Assembly (NCBI GenBank): GCA_000002445.1
Contig: CM000208.1
Coordinates: forward strand, 192,001-256,000
Origin: Trypanosoma brucei
Taxonomy: Eukaryota
Direction: 5' to 3'
DNA: 64,000 nucleotides
Position 1 is the first letter of the stretch. Each line of letters starts with the position of its first letter. This document shows, in pieces, positions 60,303-64,000 of the stretch. Below the pieces are notes generated by a model. The model was not told where the DNA came from. It saw only the letters and a list, made by a program, of their open reading frames with translations, and ran no database searches. A program made the translations under genes and the position numbers.

Positions 60303-60690
60303 CTGGATACGTGTATGTTTTAAAACCTGAGCTTATTGAGTCTCTTCCCCCCTGCACAGTTCCTTTTCACTCGGTTTGTGTGCTGTTCTATTTTTTAGTT
60401 CTACCCGCGTCTGCCTTTCCCCATCCCCATTATGTTTTCTTTTTTGCAACCAGCATCTTGGTGTGTTATTCGTATCAAGACTAAATTGTAAGGCGAGGGA
60501 GAAGGGGGAACAAACTTCGTAGGAGTGTAGCCGGTATCACAAAGAAACACCCCACCAGAGTTGGGACTCTAGTTTTGTAAGGTATCAACGAGGCGTAGGA
60601 GTACGTGTACTTTCGAGCTTCTGGCTCCGCCGTTGACGATTGTTGTGGCTTTTGTTTATTCATTGCAGTTCGTTATCCCGTGAGCATCTG

Positions 60691-62628
60691 ATGCAGAACG
60701 TTATCCTTGCCCATGACGGTTCGGTTGTTGCCCCACGTCGGTATTCCACAACGCAACAGCAGACGGCCCAGCAGCCTAGCTCATCCACACACTCAACGCG
60801 TAATCAGAAGCACCACCATCAACAGCTGCAGCAGCAATCGGATGCAGATGATAATTGCGCCTATCTGCAACGCCATTGTATTCCATCAAAGGTAGAGGGT
60901 TTATTCAGCAATGTGTTGAATGATCTCCCGAATGACCCTTTGCTCCACATTGTCGAGCAACTACGTGCCAGTAACAACAGCAACAACCTTAGCAATGGCG
61001 GCAATCCCCCTAACCATAGTAAACAGGCAACGAATGAGTCCATACGGGAGGGTGCCACCGGTAGCGGCACTACTGAAGGTAAGGAGCCAGTCCCACCAAC
61101 TACACCATGTGCGCCCTTCACCCGAACTGCATTGGTGAGTGAGGGCTTGAATCCTGAGCCACCGACACGCGGCAACAACCCCGTCAGCGGTGCTGAAGAC
61201 CCTTTTGTGCATTCTATGAATGTGGCCACAGAGTCTGGTTGCCGCCCTGTCGGTGAAAATTTGAATACCCCACCAGCGAGCGTAGATGCGGCGGGATTAT
61301 CACTAGCTAACGCGACACCAACGACGACACCTCTAACGACATCTGCCACGCCTTCAGTAACGACGTGCGAGTCCATGAATGCCTTCACGCTTGCATCTGG
61401 GCGAGCAAGGACTCCAACGCCGCCGGCATTTTCCGAATTAAGTTGCACCAACTATCGTGGGAGTGTCAACGGTGCGCGACCCGCTACCCACGCAATGCGG
61501 CCGTCGTCAAGAGGGAGCAGCAGGAATGAGGTGGTTCAGGGGGTATGTGGTGTCCGTTTTGGGGCAACCAACGACATATTCTATGGGGGGCCAATGCCAC
61601 CCACACTGGATCGCGACGAAAGCACACGTAGCGACCTTTCGGCCTTCAGCGTGGCGTCCATGGACTTGCAAGACTTTCTACAGGAGTTCCGCAGCGCCAA
61701 GGTCGAGAGCGTAGGGGCAGAAGCGAAGATGGTGGATATCAACGCCCTCTCCGACATCATTCAGAATGTAAATATTCCACTTCCAGATACTCCAATCATT
61801 GCGGACTTGTTTGATGAAGTTAGGAATATCGCCGCACTGCGCTACGACACTGAAGCATCACCCGATCAAGCGAATGACATGGAATGTCAGAAGCGCATAT
61901 CGGCGACAACGACAGTGGTGACGGGGTCTGAGTCGAATTTAATTGACTGTATATATTTCGAAGCCTTTCTAGCGCGAATGGCGTTCATGATCCAAGGCCG
62001 TTACCCGATGGAAGTCTTGCGCGGGACTTTCTATTCTATAGGTGAGTCGGCTCGGCAGAAGCCATCGGCGGATGGCGCAGCACAGCCCTCATCAGTGACA
62101 CCACCACAGACAACGCAGCAGCAGCAGCAACAGAAGGTGTGTGCAGAAGATATCCGCGGCCCCAGCACAAGCTCCTTTGGTGTTGCGAGCAGGCCGTACC
62201 GTGTGGCTGCAAAGTCGGGTTGTAGAAACAGCAACAGCGGTGCACTCTCCGCCGACAGCAGTAGCAATACACACACCTCTCCAACTGTCATTCCCACCAC
62301 CGCCGCCTGCCCAATAAACTGCAGTGCAGCAGAACAAGCAGCCGAGCCCTCGGCACTCCTTAACGGTGTGCCACTCGCCATATGCGTGGAGGAGGGTCTC
62401 TGGCGTGGGCTCGGCTTGCCTGCAACTCGTGAAGAAGTGGAGCGCGCCCTGCATACTCTTGGAATACCGGTGGACGGCAACTACAAGTGTCACGTCAATG
62501 ACTTTGTGCGTCTGGTCACCGTTCTGACAAGTGGAGGGATGTCAGGGCTCTCGTGTGAGAAAACGTCACCTTGGGGCCCTGTGGGGATTGGGCGTGAGAG
62601 TTCATTTCTGCAGCAGCCGCAGGAATAA
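60691..62628 (+). CDS. Hypothetical protein, largely low-complexity (Q/S/T/P-rich)
   Basis: First ATG at 60691; the ORF-track start is TTG. Gln, Ser and Thr runs occur throughout. The C-terminal 120 aa is more globular and ends with an EF-hand-like stretch GIPVDGNYKCHVNDFVRL. No family assignment. Confidence 0.4.
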   Translation: MQNVILAHDGSVVAPRRYSTTQQQTAQQPSSSTHSTRNQKHHHQQLQQQSDADDNCAYLQRHCIPSKVEGLFSNVLNDLPNDPLLHIVEQLRASNNSNNLSNGGNPPNHSKQATNESIREGATGSGTTEGKEPVPPTTPCAPFTRTALVSEGLNPEPPTRGNNPVSGAEDPFVHSMNVATESGCRPVGENLNTPPASVDAAGLSLANATPTTTPLTTSATPSVTTCESMNAFTLASGRARTPTPPAFSELSCTNYRGSVNGARPATHAMRPSSRGSSRNEVVQGVCGVRFGATNDIFYGGPMPPTLDRDESTRSDLSAFSVASMDLQDFLQEFRSAKVESVGAEAKMVDINALSDIIQNVNIPLPDTPIIADLFDEVRNIAALRYDTEASPDQANDMECQKRISATTTVVTGSESNLIDCIYFEAFLARMAFMIQGRYPMEVLRGTFYSIGESARQKPSADGAAQPSSVTPPQTTQQQQQQKVCAEDIRGPSTSSFGVASRPYRVAAKSGCRNSNSGALSADSSSNTHTSPTVIPTTAACPINCSAAEQAAEPSALLNGVPLAICVEEGLWRGLGLPATREEVERALHTLGIPVDGNYKCHVNDFVRLVTVLTSGGMSGLSCEKTSPWGPVGIGRESSFLQQPQE

Positions 62629-64000
62629 GTGGGCCACATCGTTGAGGGTAATGTGACGTGGCTTAACCATGCGTCCCCACCTGCTTATTCATATGATGTG
62701 CTGATGTTTTGAGCAGTAGAGGCGGTCGCGGCAGGCTGATGAGGTACAGATCACATTAAGTGGGAAGAAGGAGAGTCCATGAAACAAGTGGAGTGGGGAG
62801 GGGAAAGTAAAGGAAATTGTATGATTGCTATCAATTAATATAATGCTCTGCGGTCTACCAAAAATAAGAGGTGTGCCGTCCCTACCCCTCCTGTGCTTCA
62901 TGCGTGCAAAGTGGAAAAACTCCACGCGCGCACCTTTGTGTCTATATATCTATATATTGTTATATATGAATGCATATGATTGTTCATCATTAGTTTGAAA
63001 GTGTTTTTTTTCTTAGTTTGGTTTGTGTGTAAACGTTTCCTTTGGTTAAAGTTTGTGTTCACGAACCCGATATGCGCGTTTCTGCTTTCTTTCCCTCCGT
63101 GCGCATGTGCATGTGTATGATTGCTTTTGTCGCTTTAAACATTCAACGTATGAAAAAAAGGACTCGGCCCCCTCTTTTGTCTTGTTAATTTTTGTATCTC
63201 CTGTGCATGACCTTCCTTCATTCTTCTTTTAGAGAGGGGGGAAACTACTAAATAAAAACTTTCATCATTTGATGTTTCTGTTGTTATTAAGCGTCTGCTA
63301 CGTCTTCTTTTTCTTTTCTTTTTTTTGCTGGGGATTTTTTGACTGTCACTCACTTCACTCCCCCTCTCTCCCTCCGGTGCATGGAACGAAGGCGGTGACG
63401 ATATTCCGCCAAACACAAGGGGGGGAAGGGGAGGTTTGTTTTTCTTTTCCTGGTTTGTTCGCTTGCGTGTAGGTGCGAGTTCCCCAATGTTTTGTGCGGT
63501 GTTTCCTTTCCAAAGTACGGGGAGGGGAAGGAGGAAAAAGGAAGGGTATCACATATGTTGTATAACTAAATGGAGGAGGGAAGGAAAGTCAGGAGGAGAA
63601 ATAGAATAGAAAGTGAGTATGAGCGAACAAAAGGACGGAAGATTCGTGTGAGTGAAAGTTGCGGAGCAGTTCACTGTCGTGTCATCGTTATTAGTGTCTA
63701 TACTACAACCTTTTTCTTTTTTTTCGGTGGGCCTCTTCCTTTTCTTTTTTTCTCTCACTCACCATTTCAGCGCGGTTCCCTCTTAACCCCGACCCGGTAC
63801 ATCCACAAACTCACCCTTTGCTAAGGTTACATGCGGAAAGGAGGGAAAGGGAGAGTGTGTGCATGAGTATATAAAGATGCGTTTTTGGTGCTGCTTCTGG
63901 AACGGTTGTAAATGTGATGGAGTGCCATGAATGAAGCGGAGCATTCTTTTTTTTAAAAAAAGAGAGAGAACGTTGAGGATATGACGTAAACGGTGCAAAT

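Noticed and set aside
1-64000. Search for CRISPR arrays, prokaryotic defence islands, tRNA or rRNA genes
   Set aside because: The only regular tandem repeats are in-frame protein-coding repeats and microsatellites. There are no direct repeats with unique spacers. I found no cloverleaf-compatible tRNA-like segments with GTTCGA-type T-loops in the spacers. This is a eukaryotic (kinetoplastid) locus.

Overview
This window reads as nuclear DNA from a kinetoplastid, most likely an African trypanosome (Trypanosoma brucei-like). Every convincing gene is on the + strand, and genes are separated by AT-rich spacers full of polypyrimidine tracts and (TA)n, (GT)n and (GA)n microsatellites. There is no bacterial-style operon signal, CRISPR array, rRNA or tRNA that I can see. 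The layout fits one unidirectional polycistronic transcription unit. The supplied ORF track uses GTG and TTG as starts, so I trimmed several ORFs to the first in-frame ATG. Genes I can support, in order: the C-terminal half of an SMC4-type condensin ATPase (cut at the window edge); a small signal-peptide ORF; a PhyH-like 2OG-Fe(II) oxygenase; a protein with a C-terminal GGQ peptidyl-tRNA hydrolase (RF-1/ICT1) domain; a RING-H2 protein; an R-SNARE; a Yippee/Mis18-like zinc-domain protein; a PPR protein; an RNI-type LRR protein; an adenylate kinase with an N-terminal extension; two adjacent paralogous WD40 plus coiled-coil giants with recent internal duplications; a 1351-aa coiled-coil protein; the tandem two-domain thymidine kinase typical of T. 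brucei; a 2889-aa kinesin carrying about 22 copies of a Cys-rich 41/53-aa repeat in two arrays; a small coiled-coil ORF; a PIF1-family helicase; and two further hypothetical proteins. The most unusual objects are the kinesin repeat arrays, the pseudo-dimeric TK whose first domain lacks the catalytic Glu, and the tandem pair of WD40-coiled-coil paralogs. I see no evidence of a prokaryote-type novel defence system.
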